Shown piece by piece: positions 33,501 through 41,731 of a DNA stretch of 64,000 nucleotides. A model generated the notes under the pieces. The model had not been told where the DNA came from and ran no database searches. It was given only the letters and a program-made list of their open reading frames with translations. Source of the stretch: Dehalococcoidia bacterium (GTDB taxonomy: Bacteria; Chloroflexota; Dehalococcoidia; Lucifugimonadales; UBA3495); assembly GCA_965216065.1 (NCBI GenBank), contig CBDCFB010000001.1:77802-141801 (forward strand). Direction: 5' to 3'. The translations under genes were made by a program, and so were the position numbers. How positions within the stretch are numbered: position 1 is the first letter of the stretch; every line of letters begins with the position of its first letter.

Positions 33501-36500
33501 GTCTGTGAGAGAGCGCCCGTGCTATGGAGCAGGTTGTAGCCTGAGTGAGTTTCTCTTGTGCCCGCCGTCAGGGTGGCGGACCAGGCCAGAAGGGTCACGG
33601 CCTCAGTCAGAGCGCTGGTCAGCGTCTCCTCGTGGCTCGCGTCGTCGGTGAAGGACACCCTTACCTTGATGGTCCTGCCGACGTCGTCGTACACCAGGCT
33701 GTAGGTGGAGCTGGTTGCGTCCTGGATGTCGGTGTCGGCGTTCCCGTCGTTCCTGATCCACTGGTAGGCGAAGGTCGCGTCGTCCAAGCCGTCTTCGTCG
33801 GCTATGCCCGACGTGTCCGCCGTGAGCGTCTCTTCCACCTGCGCCGTGCCGCTGATGGCGGGCGCTCCGGTGGCCGGGCTGTTGGCTGCTGCCGCCACAG
33901 TTGCGGTCGCCGCGCTGGTGAGCGTCTCTCCATTACTGGCGTCGTCGGTGAAGCTCACCCGCACCTTGATGGTCTTGCCAACGTCGTCGTCAGACAGCGT
34001 GTAGGTGGAGCCGGTTGCGTCCTGAATGTCCGCGTCGGCGCTCCCGTCGTTCCGTACCCACTGGTAGCTGTAGCTGGCGTTGTCCAGCCCGTCCGCATCT
34101 GCGATGCCCGTCGTGTCCGCCGTCAGCGTCTCCCCCACCTGCACCGTGCCGCTGATGGTGGGCAAGCCCGTGGGCGCAGTGTTGGGCTTGGCAGCCACCG
34201 CTCCGGTCGCCTCGCTGGTCAGCGTCTCTGCGTTGTTGGCGTCGTCGGTGAAGGACACCTTGACCTTGATGGTCTTGCCCACGTCGGCGGAAACCAGGGT
34301 ATAGGTGGAGTCCGTCTCCCCGGCTATGTCGGTATCGGTGTTCCCGTCGCTCCGAATCCACTGGTAGCTGAAGGAAACGTTGGTCAGCCCGTCGGCATCG
34401 GCTATTCCCGTCGTGTCCGCCGTCAGGGTCTGGCCCACCTGGGCCGTCCCGCTGATGGTGGGCAGGCCCGTGGGCGCAGTGTTGGGCTTGGCAGCCACCA
34501 TTGCCGTCGCCGCGCTGGTCAGTGTTTCCAGGTTACTCGCGTCGTCGGTGAAGGACACCTTGACCTTGATGGTCTTGCCCACGTCGCTGCCGGACGGCGT
34601 GTAGGTGGAGTCCCTCTCCCCGGCTATGTCGGTATCGGTGGTCCTGTCGCTCCGAATCCACTGGTAGCTGAAGGAGACGTTGGTCAGCCCGTCTTCGTCG
34701 GCGATGCCCGAGGTGTCCGCCGTGAGGGTCTGGCCCACCTGTACCGTCCCGCTGATGGTGGGCAGGCCCGTGGCAGTACGGTTGGGCGCCTCAGCCACCG
34801 CAGCGGTCGCCGCGCTGGTCCGCGTCTCCGCGTTGTTGGCGTCGTCGGTGAAGGACACCTTGACCTTGATGGCCTTGCCCACGTCGGCGGAAACCAGGGT
34901 ATAGGTGGAGGCCGTCTCCCCGGCTATGTCGGTGTCGGTGTTCCCGTCGCTGCGAATCCACTGGTAGCTGTAGGAGACACTGGTCAGCCCGTCCTCATCG
35001 GCAATGCCCGAGATGTCGGCCGTCAGCGTCTCGCCCACCTGGGCCGTCCCACTGATGGTGGGCAGGCCCGTGGCCGGACGGTTGTCTGCCGCAGCCACCG
35101 CTCCGGTCGCCTCGCTGGTCAGCGTCTCTGCGTTGTTCCGGTCGTCAGTGAAGGACACCCGCACTTGGATGGTCTGCCCCTGCTGGGTGGTGGTGAGGGT
35201 GTGACTGGAGCCGGTGGCCCCGTCTATGTCCGACCCTCCGGATATCCACTGGTAGCTGTAGGAAACGTTGGTCAGCCCGTCCTCATCGGCGATGCCCGAC
35301 GTGTCCGCCGTGAGGGTCTGGTCCACCTGGGCCGTCCCGCTGATGATGGGCAGGCCCGTGGCCGGATGGTTGTCCGCCGCAGCCACCGCAGCGGTCGCCG
35401 CACTGGTCAGCGCCTCCTGGTTTTTCGCGTTTTTGGCGTCCTTGGAGAAAGAGACCCTGACCTTCAGGGTCTTACCCACGTCGCTGCCGGACGGCGTGTA
35501 GGTGGGGTCCGTCTCTCCATCTATGTCGGTGTCGGTTTCACCCTCGTTCCGAATCCACTGGTAGCTGTACGACACTTTGGCCTGCCCGTCGTCGGCGGCG
35601 ATATCCGACGTGTCCGCCCTCAGCGTCCGGCCCACCTGCGCCGTTCCGGTGATGACGGGAAGGCGATCGGTCAAATTCGTCACCGTCACCGTTACTTCCA
35701 GTTCGGCGGTGTTGCCTTCGCCATCCCCGGCTTCCACCGTCACCTCGTAAACATTGTTGCTCCCTGAATCGGTCGGGCTCTCATAGTCCGGCGGGTCGAT
35801 GAAGGACAGCACACCTGTTTCGCTGATTTCAAAAGCGCCACGGTCAGTTCCCGACAGGCCCCACGCCACATCGTTTCCTTCCGGATCCGTAGCGCGGTAG
35901 GTATACAGGTCGGACGTCCCATTCTCCTTGTATGTGAAGGTGGCAGTGCTGCCGCCTCTGAACTCCGGCCGCTCGTTCACCGCCTCTACCCTTACCGTCA
36001 CCTCCAGCGTCCCGTAATACCGCCCGTCGGAGGCCCTCACCGTCACCAGGTACTCGTTGTCCCGGTTCGAGTCTGCTGGCCGCTCAAAGTCCGGAACATT
36101 CCTGAAACTCAATTCCCCGTCCCCATTGATGGTGAAGTCCCCACCGTCGGTCCCCGTGGCGCTCCATCTGGTTATTTCGGCGTCCGGGTCCTCTGGATCT
36201 GTGGCAGAGTAGTCAAACAGCACTCCTTCGCTATTTTCCCTTACGGTGATGCCGGTATTGGCAGGAGTTTCCTCAATCTCCGGCCCCTCGTTCAGATCCG
36301 TCACCGCCACCATCACTTCCAACCCGGCCGTGTTGGACTGGTCATCTCTGGCCAGCACGGTCACCAGGTATTCGTTGTCCCCGTCGAAATCATCGGGGTT
36401 TTCAAAGTCCGGGGGGGTCTTGAAAGTAAGTACGCCGCCATCCTCGCTGATTTCAAAAGCGCCACGGTCAGTTCCGCCAACCTCCCAGGTGAGATCGTCC

Positions 36501-39500
36501 CCCTCCGGGTCCGTGGCCCGATAGGTGTACAGCGCGGAAGTGCCGTTCTCCCGGTGGGTGAATGAAGTCCGGCTGCCACTCCTGAACTCCGGCCCCTCGT
36601 TTACCGCCTCCACGGTCACGGTGACGTCCAAAGTCCCGTAGTACCGGCCGTCGGAGGCCCGGACGGTCACCTCATACTCGTTATCCCGGTTGGAATCGGC
36701 CGGCCGCTCAAAGTCAGGCGGGTTGCGGAAGGTGAGTTCGCCACCCTCGTTGATGGTAAAGTCCCCACCATCCCTGCCGGCGACGCTCCAGCGGGTTACG
36801 TCGGCCGTGGTATCCTCCGGGTCCTCGCCGGTGTAAGTTGCCACTATGCCCTCGAAGTTCTCCGAAACCGTGCGGGCCGTCGACCCCGTTATCTCCGGCC
36901 CCTCGTTGACGTCGGTGACCATGATGGTGACGTCCAAGGTGCCCCGATATGTCCCGTCGGAGGCGACCACCGTGATTTCGTACTCATTATCGGGGCCAGA
37001 ATCCGCCGGCTGCTCATAGTCCGGCTCCTCCTTGAACGTCAATACTCCTTCATCGACGTCAAAGTCATCGCGGTCGTCTCCCTCCAGAGACCAGGTGATC
37101 ATCGCCCCCCGGTCCATGTCCCTGGCCTGGTAGGTATAGAGGCGGGTGTCCGTGGTGGTGTTCTCTCTGAAGCTCAGGGTCTGGCTTCCAGTAACCACCG
37201 GCGCATGCTCGTTTTCGTCGATCACCGCAATCTTCACGTCCAGCGACCCGTATCTATTGCCCCGGTCGTAGGCGCGGATGGTGACCAGGTACTCGTTGTC
37301 CCGGTTAGAGTCCGCCGGGCTGTCGTAGTCCGGCGTGTCCCGGAAGGTGAGTTGGGCAGTATTCCGGCCCGTCTGTTGGCTCGTATCGGTGATGGTGAAG
37401 TCCCCGGCGTCCGACCCCGCCAGGCTCCAGCGTGAAACGCCGGAGGCCGGCTCCTCCGGGTCCCTCGCGGTGAAGGTCGCCACCACCCGGTCCACATTTT
37501 CGTCGTAGGTGAACTCCGTCTGTCCCGAAGGAGCCGTTATTTCGGGCCCTTCAGGCACCTCCGTTACGCTGACGGCGACATCCAGGGTGCCCTCCCGTCC
37601 CTGGTCATCCGTCGCAACCACCGTCACCAGGTACTGGTTGTCCCTGTCACTATCTGCCGGCAGTTCATAGTCCGGCACTTCTTTGAAGGTCAACACTCCG
37701 GTATCGCTGATGACAAAGCCGTTTCCGTCATTGTTGCCGTCCTGTCCCCTGACCGACCACACGATCGTCGTGTCACGGTCTGCGTCGGTGGCCCGGTAGG
37801 TGTACAGGCGGGTTGCGACCGCAGTGTTCTCCCTGAAACTCAGGCTCTGACTCCCCGTTACCACCGGGTCCGCCTCGTTCTCGCCCCGAACTGTTACCGT
37901 CACGTCCAGGGACCCGTACCTGTTGGTCACGTCGTAGGCCCGGACGCTCACCAAGTATTCATTGTCCCGGTTCGAGTCCACCGGACGGTCATAGTCCGGC
38001 GCATACCTGAAGGTAAGTTCACCGTTTTCGTTGATTGAGAAGTCCCCGCCGTCACTGCCGGACAAGGACCAGCGGCTGATGTCTGAGCCCTCCGGGTCCC
38101 TGGCGGAGTAGGTTGCCAGGGTTTGCAGCGATGGGTCCTGGGTTGGGTCGGTGTATTCCTGGACCGTTATGGTTTCCCGTCCCGAAACCTCCGGCCCCTC
38201 ATTCACGTCGGTTACGGTTACGGTTACCTCAAAGGCACCGGTGCTGAAATTGTCGTCCCTTGCCTGCACCGTAACCTGGTAATCATTGTCCCTGTCGGCA
38301 TCTCCCTCGATGTCAAAATCGGGCGGATTCCTGAAGGTGAGGACACCCCTGTCGCTGATATCAAAGAGATGTCCGTCCGTTCCGCCGGGCGCTATCCAGG
38401 TGAAGGCATCCCCCTCCGGGTCCGTGGCCCGGTAGGTATGGATGGTCCCGGTACCGTTCTCCTGGAAGGTGCGGGCGTCGCTGCCGGTGATCACCGGCGG
38501 CTCGTTGGCGGCGGTAACGGTTACGGTCACGTCGTATGAACCGTACTTGCCTCGATTGTCGTAGGCGCGGATGGTCACCAGGTATTCGTTATCCCGGTTG
38601 GAGTCGGCTGGCCGATCGACATCCGGCGGGTACCTGAAGCGAAGGCCGGCCGTGTTCCGGCCGGTTTGCTCCCTCGTATCGGTGATGGTGAAATCGCCGC
38701 CGTCGGAGCCGTAGAGACGCCAGCTTGATATGGAGTCCCCCTCCGGGTCGGTGGCGCTGTAGGTGGCATTGGCCAAACTCTGATGGAATTCCTGGATGGT
38801 ATAGGAGGGCGTGCCAGTGATCTCCGGTCCCTCGTTCAGTTCGGTGACGGTGATGGTGACCATTAGCTCGCCGGTCAGTCCCCGGCTGTCGGTGGCCACC
38901 ACCTCCAGTTCGTACACGTTGTCCTGGCCCGAATCCCTGGGGTTCTCATAATCCGGCGCTTCCCTGAAGCTGAGGGCTCCCTGCTCGTTCATTTCGAAGA
39001 GATGCCCATCGGCGCCGGAGGTTGACCAGGTGATGGTGTCGCCGAGGTCCGCGTCGGTGGCCCGGTAGGTGTAGATGGCCGAGGTCGTGTTTTCACTGAC
39101 CGTTCGGTTGTCGCTGCCCGTTACCACCGGCGCCTCCTCGTTCACGTCGGTAACGGTCACCGTCACGTCTAGGGAGCCATACCGGTTGCCCGCATCGTGG
39201 GCTCGAACAGTCACCAGGTATTCGTTGTCCCGGTTGGAATCGGCCGGTTTGTCGTAGTCGGGCACGTCGCGGAAGGCCAGCACCCCGGTTGCACTGATCT
39301 CAAAGTCGCCGCCGTCGCTGCCGGAGAGACTCCAGCGGGTTACGTCGTCCCCCTCCGGGTCGGTCGCAGAGTAGGTGGCCCCGCTCAGCTCCTGGCCTTC
39401 AACGACGGTGTAAGCCCGTCTGCCCGAGACCTCCGGCCCCTCGTTTACGTCGGTAACGGTAACGGCCACTTTCAATTCGCCCTCAAGTCCCCGGTCATCT

Positions 39501-41662
39501 TCGGCCACCACGGTGATGTCATACACGTTGTCCCGGTTAAAATCCGCCCTGGCCTCGAAGTCCAGAGAGTCGGCGAAGGACAGCGTGCCCAGGTTATCGA
39601 TGGAGAAGAATGACCCGTCCACGCCCGCCACGGACCAACTAATCGCAGCCTGCTCCGGGTCCGTGGCCCGGTAGGTGTATATCGACCCCGTCCTGTTCTC
39701 ACTGTAGGTGAATTCGGTCCGGCTGCCCGTGTTGATGACGGGAGGCTCATTGAAGGGCGTCACCGTGACCGTCACGTCCAGGGAGCCGTACCGGTTGCCC
39801 GCATCGTAGGCACGGATGGTCACCAGGTATTCGTTGTCCCGGTTGGAATCGGCCGGGCGGTCGTAGTCCGGCGGGTTGCGGAAGGTCAGTACCCCAGTTG
39901 CACTGATCTCAAAGTCGCCGCCGTCGCTGCCCGAGAGACTCCAGCGGGTTACGTCGTCTCCCTCCGGGTCGGTCGCGGAGTAGGTTGCCAGTACCTGGTT
40001 TTGCGGATCCAGGGTTGGGTCGGTGGCTTCCTGGACGGTAATATCAGTATTGGCATTAGTCCGAGCAATCTCCGGCCCCTCGTTCACCTGGGTAATGGTG
40101 ATGGCGGCGTCCACCGTGTCCCTAAGGTTGCCGGAGTCTGAGGCGACCACCGTGATTTCGTACTCGTTGTCACCGTTTGAGTCCGCCGGAATCTCATAGT
40201 CCGGCAGCAGGCGGAAGGTGAGTATGCCGTCATAAATGGCGAAGTCGTCCCGGTCGCTTCCCTCCACCGACCAACTGATTACATCGTCCCGGTCCTGGTC
40301 CGTGGCGCGGTAGGTGTAGAGGACCGAGGTGGCGTTCTCCCGCTGGGTGAACTCGGTCCTGCTCTTGGTGGTGATGGTGGGCGCCTCGTTGACGTTGGTT
40401 ACCGCCACCATTTCCGTCTCTGCAAACGTCCCGTAGTACCTGCCGTCTGACGCCCGTACCGTCACCTCGTATATGTTGTCCCGGTTCGAGTCCGCCGGCC
40501 GCTCGTAGTCCGGCGTGTTCCTGAACTTTAATTCGCCATTCTCGTTGATGGTAAAGTCCCCGCCGTCCGTCCCCGACGTGCTCCAGAGGGTAATCTGGGC
40601 GCCGGTGTCCTCCGGGTCAGTGGCCGCGTACCTAGCCAGCATCTGCATCTGGTCCTGGTTTTCCGGCACTCTGGCGGGAGCATTGCCGAGCCGCCTTATC
40701 TCCGGTCCCTCATTGACGTCGGTTACGGTTACGGTAACTGGCAGGTTGGACGTGTTGCGCTGTTCGTCCCTCGCCTGAACCGTTACCTGGTACTCATTTC
40801 TATTGGTTCCCAACGGATTCTCAAAGTCGGGGGAACTGCTAAAGGTCAGCACTCCTGTTTCGCTGATTGAAAAGTCACTGGCGTCTGGCCCCGCCACGTC
40901 CCACTCGAAGTCGCCACCCTCCGGGTCCGTGGCCCTGAACGTGTGGATAGTGGACGTACCATTCTCTCCATATGAGAACTCTGTCCTGCTGGTGGTGGTG
41001 ATGGTCGGTGCCTCGTTCATGTCCCGCACCATCACCGTGACTTGGTGGTATCCGTAGTACCGGCCGTCGTAAGCCCGCACCGAGAGGGTGTATATGTTGT
41101 CCCGGTTCGAGTCCGCCGGCCGCTCGTAGTCCGGTGTGTTCCGGAACTTTAATTCGCCATTCTCGTTGATGGTAAAGTCGCCGCCGTCCGTCCCCGAGGT
41201 GCTCCACCGGTTTATGGGGGTGCCGGGACTCTCCGGGTCGCTGCCCGTGTAACTGGCCAGCACCTGCTCCGTGCTCCGGTTCTCCGTGGATGAGAGAGTC
41301 TCGCTGCCCGACACTGTCGGCCCCTCGTTCACGTCGGTAACGTTGACCATGACAGCCACGGATCCGGTATGCGTGCCATCACTGGCCTGAACCGTCACGT
41401 TATAGATGTTGTCGCCGCCCAAGTCCCCAGGAAACTCGAAGTCCGGCGGACTGTTCTCACTGAACGAGAACTCCCCCCGCTGATCGATGGTGAAGAATCT
41501 ACCGTCTGCACCTCCCACCGACCAGGCAATGCCGCTTCCCTCCGGGTCCGTGGCCCGGTAGGTGTACAGGCGGGAGGTCCGGTTCTCCGGTTGCCTCAAC
41601 CCGGTGGCCGACGAGCTCGTGGTGGTAATGGTGGGCGCCTCGTTCACCGGCGTTACCGTCAC
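30515..41662 (-). CDS. Giant surface protein, 3' portion: ~19-20 cadherin-like repeats, 14 Ig-like ~100-aa repeats, 2 C-terminal modules
   Basis: Repeated 'VT.VNE.P.I......(F/Y)..EN........Y.A.D.(E/D)....W...G.D...F.I...G.L.F...PD(Y/F)E.P.D.N.DN.Y.V.V.A.D'. This is followed by 'ATGLPTISGTAQVG.TLTADTSGIADEDGL.N.S(Y/F)SYQWI...TYTL...D.GKTIKV.VSFTDD'. The ORF has no signal peptide or ATG; it begins at a GTG inside a repeat boundary. Confidence 0.8.
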   Translation of the reverse strand: MTVTPVNEAPTITTTSSSATGLRQPENRTSRLYTYRATDPEGSGIAWSVGGADGRFFTIDQRGEFSFSENSPPDFEFPGDLGGDNIYNVTVQASDGTHTGSVAVMVNVTDVNEGPTVSGSETLSSTENRSTEQVLASYTGSDPESPGTPINRWSTSGTDGGDFTINENGELKFRNTPDYERPADSNRDNIYTLSVRAYDGRYYGYHQVTVMVRDMNEAPTITTTSRTEFSYGENGTSTIHTFRATDPEGGDFEWDVAGPDASDFSISETGVLTFSSSPDFENPLGTNRNEYQVTVQARDEQRNTSNLPVTVTVTDVNEGPEIRRLGNAPARVPENQDQMQMLARYAATDPEDTGAQITLWSTSGTDGGDFTINENGELKFRNTPDYERPADSNRDNIYEVTVRASDGRYYGTFAETEMVAVTNVNEAPTITTKSRTEFTQRENATSVLYTYRATDQDRDDVISWSVEGSDRDDFAIYDGILTFRLLPDYEIPADSNGDNEYEITVVASDSGNLRDTVDAAITITQVNEGPEIARTNANTDITVQEATDPTLDPQNQVLATYSATDPEGDDVTRWSLSGSDGGDFEISATGVLTFRNPPDYDRPADSNRDNEYLVTIRAYDAGNRYGSLDVTVTVTPFNEPPVINTGSRTEFTYSENRTGSIYTYRATDPEQAAISWSVAGVDGSFFSIDNLGTLSFADSLDFEARADFNRDNVYDITVVAEDDRGLEGELKVAVTVTDVNEGPEVSGRRAYTVVEGQELSGATYSATDPEGDDVTRWSLSGSDGGDFEISATGVLAFRDVPDYDKPADSNRDNEYLVTVRAHDAGNRYGSLDVTVTVTDVNEEAPVVTGSDNRTVSENTTSAIYTYRATDADLGDTITWSTSGADGHLFEMNEQGALSFREAPDYENPRDSGQDNVYELEVVATDSRGLTGELMVTITVTELNEGPEITGTPSYTIQEFHQSLANATYSATDPEGDSISSWRLYGSDGGDFTITDTREQTGRNTAGLRFRYPPDVDRPADSNRDNEYLVTIRAYDNRGKYGSYDVTVTVTAANEPPVITGSDARTFQENGTGTIHTYRATDPEGDAFTWIAPGGTDGHLFDISDRGVLTFRNPPDFDIEGDADRDNDYQVTVQARDDNFSTGAFEVTVTVTDVNEGPEVSGRETITVQEYTDPTQDPSLQTLATYSARDPEGSDISRWSLSGSDGGDFSINENGELTFRYAPDYDRPVDSNRDNEYLVSVRAYDVTNRYGSLDVTVTVRGENEADPVVTGSQSLSFRENTAVATRLYTYRATDADRDTTIVWSVRGQDGNNDGNGFVISDTGVLTFKEVPDYELPADSDRDNQYLVTVVATDDQGREGTLDVAVSVTEVPEGPEITAPSGQTEFTYDENVDRVVATFTARDPEEPASGVSRWSLAGSDAGDFTITDTSQQTGRNTAQLTFRDTPDYDSPADSNRDNEYLVTIRAYDRGNRYGSLDVKIAVIDENEHAPVVTGSQTLSFRENTTTDTRLYTYQARDMDRGAMITWSLEGDDRDDFDVDEGVLTFKEEPDYEQPADSGPDNEYEITVVASDGTYRGTLDVTIMVTDVNEGPEITGSTARTVSENFEGIVATYTGEDPEDTTADVTRWSVAGRDGGDFTINEGGELTFRNPPDFERPADSNRDNEYEVTVRASDGRYYGTLDVTVTVEAVNEGPEFRSGSRTSFTHRENGTSALYTYRATDPEGDDLTWEVGGTDRGAFEISEDGGVLTFKTPPDFENPDDFDGDNEYLVTVLARDDQSNTAGLEVMVAVTDLNEGPEIEETPANTGITVRENSEGVLFDYSATDPEDPDAEITRWSATGTDGGDFTINGDGELSFRNVPDFERPADSNRDNEYLVTVRASDGRYYGTLEVTVRVEAVNERPEFRGGSTATFTYKENGTSDLYTYRATDPEGNDVAWGLSGTDRGAFEISETGVLSFIDPPDYESPTDSGSNNVYEVTVEAGDGEGNTAELEVTVTVTNLTDRLPVITGTAQVGRTLRADTSDIAADDGQAKVSYSYQWIRNEGETDTDIDGETDPTYTPSGSDVGKTLKVRVSFSKDAKNAKNQEALTSAATAAVAAADNHPATGLPIISGTAQVDQTLTADTSGIADEDGLTNVSYSYQWISGGSDIDGATGSSHTLTTTQQGQTIQVRVSFTDDRNNAETLTSEATGAVAAADNRPATGLPTISGTAQVGETLTADISGIADEDGLTSVSYSYQWIRSDGNTDTDIAGETASTYTLVSADVGKAIKVKVSFTDDANNAETRTSAATAAVAEAPNRTATGLPTISGTVQVGQTLTADTSGIADEDGLTNVSFSYQWIRSDRTTDTDIAGERDSTYTPSGSDVGKTIKVKVSFTDDASNLETLTSAATAMVAAKPNTAPTGLPTISGTAQVGQTLTADTTGIADADGLTNVSFSYQWIRSDGNTDTDIAGETDSTYTLVSADVGKTIKVKVSFTDDANNAETLTSEATGAVAAKPNTAPTGLPTISGTVQVGETLTADTTGIADADGLDNASYSYQWVRNDGSADADIQDATGSTYTLSDDDVGKTIKVRVSFTDDASNGETLTSAATATVAAAANSPATGAPAISGTAQVEETLTADTSGIADEDGLDDATFAYQWIRNDGNADTDIQDATSSTYSLVYDDVGRTIKVRVSFTDDASHEETLTSALTEAVTLLAWSATLTAGTRETHSGYNLLHSTGALSQTEFTLGGDDYTVKMVVEGDDGLLSFGLDRRLRTNFTLNVGGVPFSSEDASTTKTGFVHTYQWDKGTVDWSVGDEVELSLTVMGTPATGQPTINGTVQVGETLTADTSGIADADGLDDAVFSYQWIAGGTDIQDATSSTYTLDADDVGKTIKVRMSFTDNADNEETLTSAATATVAAKPNTAPTGLPIISGRVQVGETLMASTSGIADQDGLDNATFSYQWLADDSAITDATGSTYTLVAADQGKTIKVRVSFTDNADNEETLTSAATAAVAARPNSLATGAPTISGTAQVGETLTADTSGIADGDGLDNVSYSYQWIRSDGSNDTDIEGEKSSTYALVPADQGKTIKVKVSFTDDANNVETLTSAATAAVAAADNRAPTGLPTISGTVQVDQTLTADTSGIADEDGLTNVPYSYQWIAGGSDIDGATDSSHTLTTSQQGQTIQVRVSFTDDRNNAETLTSEATGAVAAAVNRPATGLPTIGGTAQVQETLTADISGIADEDGLTSVSYSYQWIRGDGNTDTDISGETASTYTLVSADVGKAIKVRIIFTDDAGNDESLTSEATAAVTASNTLATGEPTITGTAQVGEELTADTTDISDSDGLINASFTYRWLADDTDITDATGSTYTLAAADEGKAIKVRITFTDDAGNDESLTSEATAAVAAIPNSVATGAPAISGTVQVGQTLTASTSNISDSDGLTNATFTYQWIANDGTEDTDIQDATGSTYTVGADDEDKTIKVRVSFTDDWGNQETRTSDVTVAVAAAPSPSPLTAAIHDKPESHNGQDAFKFELRFSEDPKEDFSYKTLRDHAFTVTGGTVVGARRLDGDSDTPNIRWEISVSPDSNADVTVELPATEDCDAQGAICTADGTMLSIPLKFTVKGPPLTASFESVPTSHNGSDNFKFRISFSEELETNFSYKTLRDHAFTVEGGTMDGARRLVSGSNIRWEISFNPDSNGDVTIVLPATTDCNAQGAICADGDKKLSNRLERTVSGPGQ
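31199..35662 (-). repeat. Array of 14 Ig-like coding repeats (~288-300 nt), interrupted by a non-repeat module at ~33255-33590
   Basis: The periodicity is visible in the protein and in the regularly spaced antisense ORFs of the track. Units 2-3 and 11-12 are near-identical pairs. Confidence 0.8.
41047..41659 (-). repeat. 613-bp near-identical direct repeat, copy A
   Basis: Matches 42013-42625 at an offset of 966 bp. I saw only a handful of mismatches. Confidence 0.85.
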
Positions 41663-41731
41663 CGTAACGTCACGAGAGCCGTAGTACCGACGAGCTCGTG
41701 GTGGTGATGGTGGGCGCCTCGTTCACCGGCG

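Noticed and set aside
31199-35662. ~300-nt periodic repeats, and the many regularly spaced 66-78-aa plus-strand ORFs in the track
   Set aside because: The periodicity is the coding Ig-like repeat array of the minus-strand giant gene. The plus-strand ORFs are antisense shadows with Ser/Val/Ala/Pro-rich, repeat-mirroring sequences.
32210-35767. Long plus-strand ORFs (381 aa and 740 aa), with similar ones at 42335-43171, 43802-44884, 45152-46183, 47393-48472 and 51958-53337
   Set aside because: They are Arg/Gly/Val/Pro-rich, have no recognisable domains, and lie entirely antisense to well-supported domain-rich minus-strand genes in GC-rich DNA.
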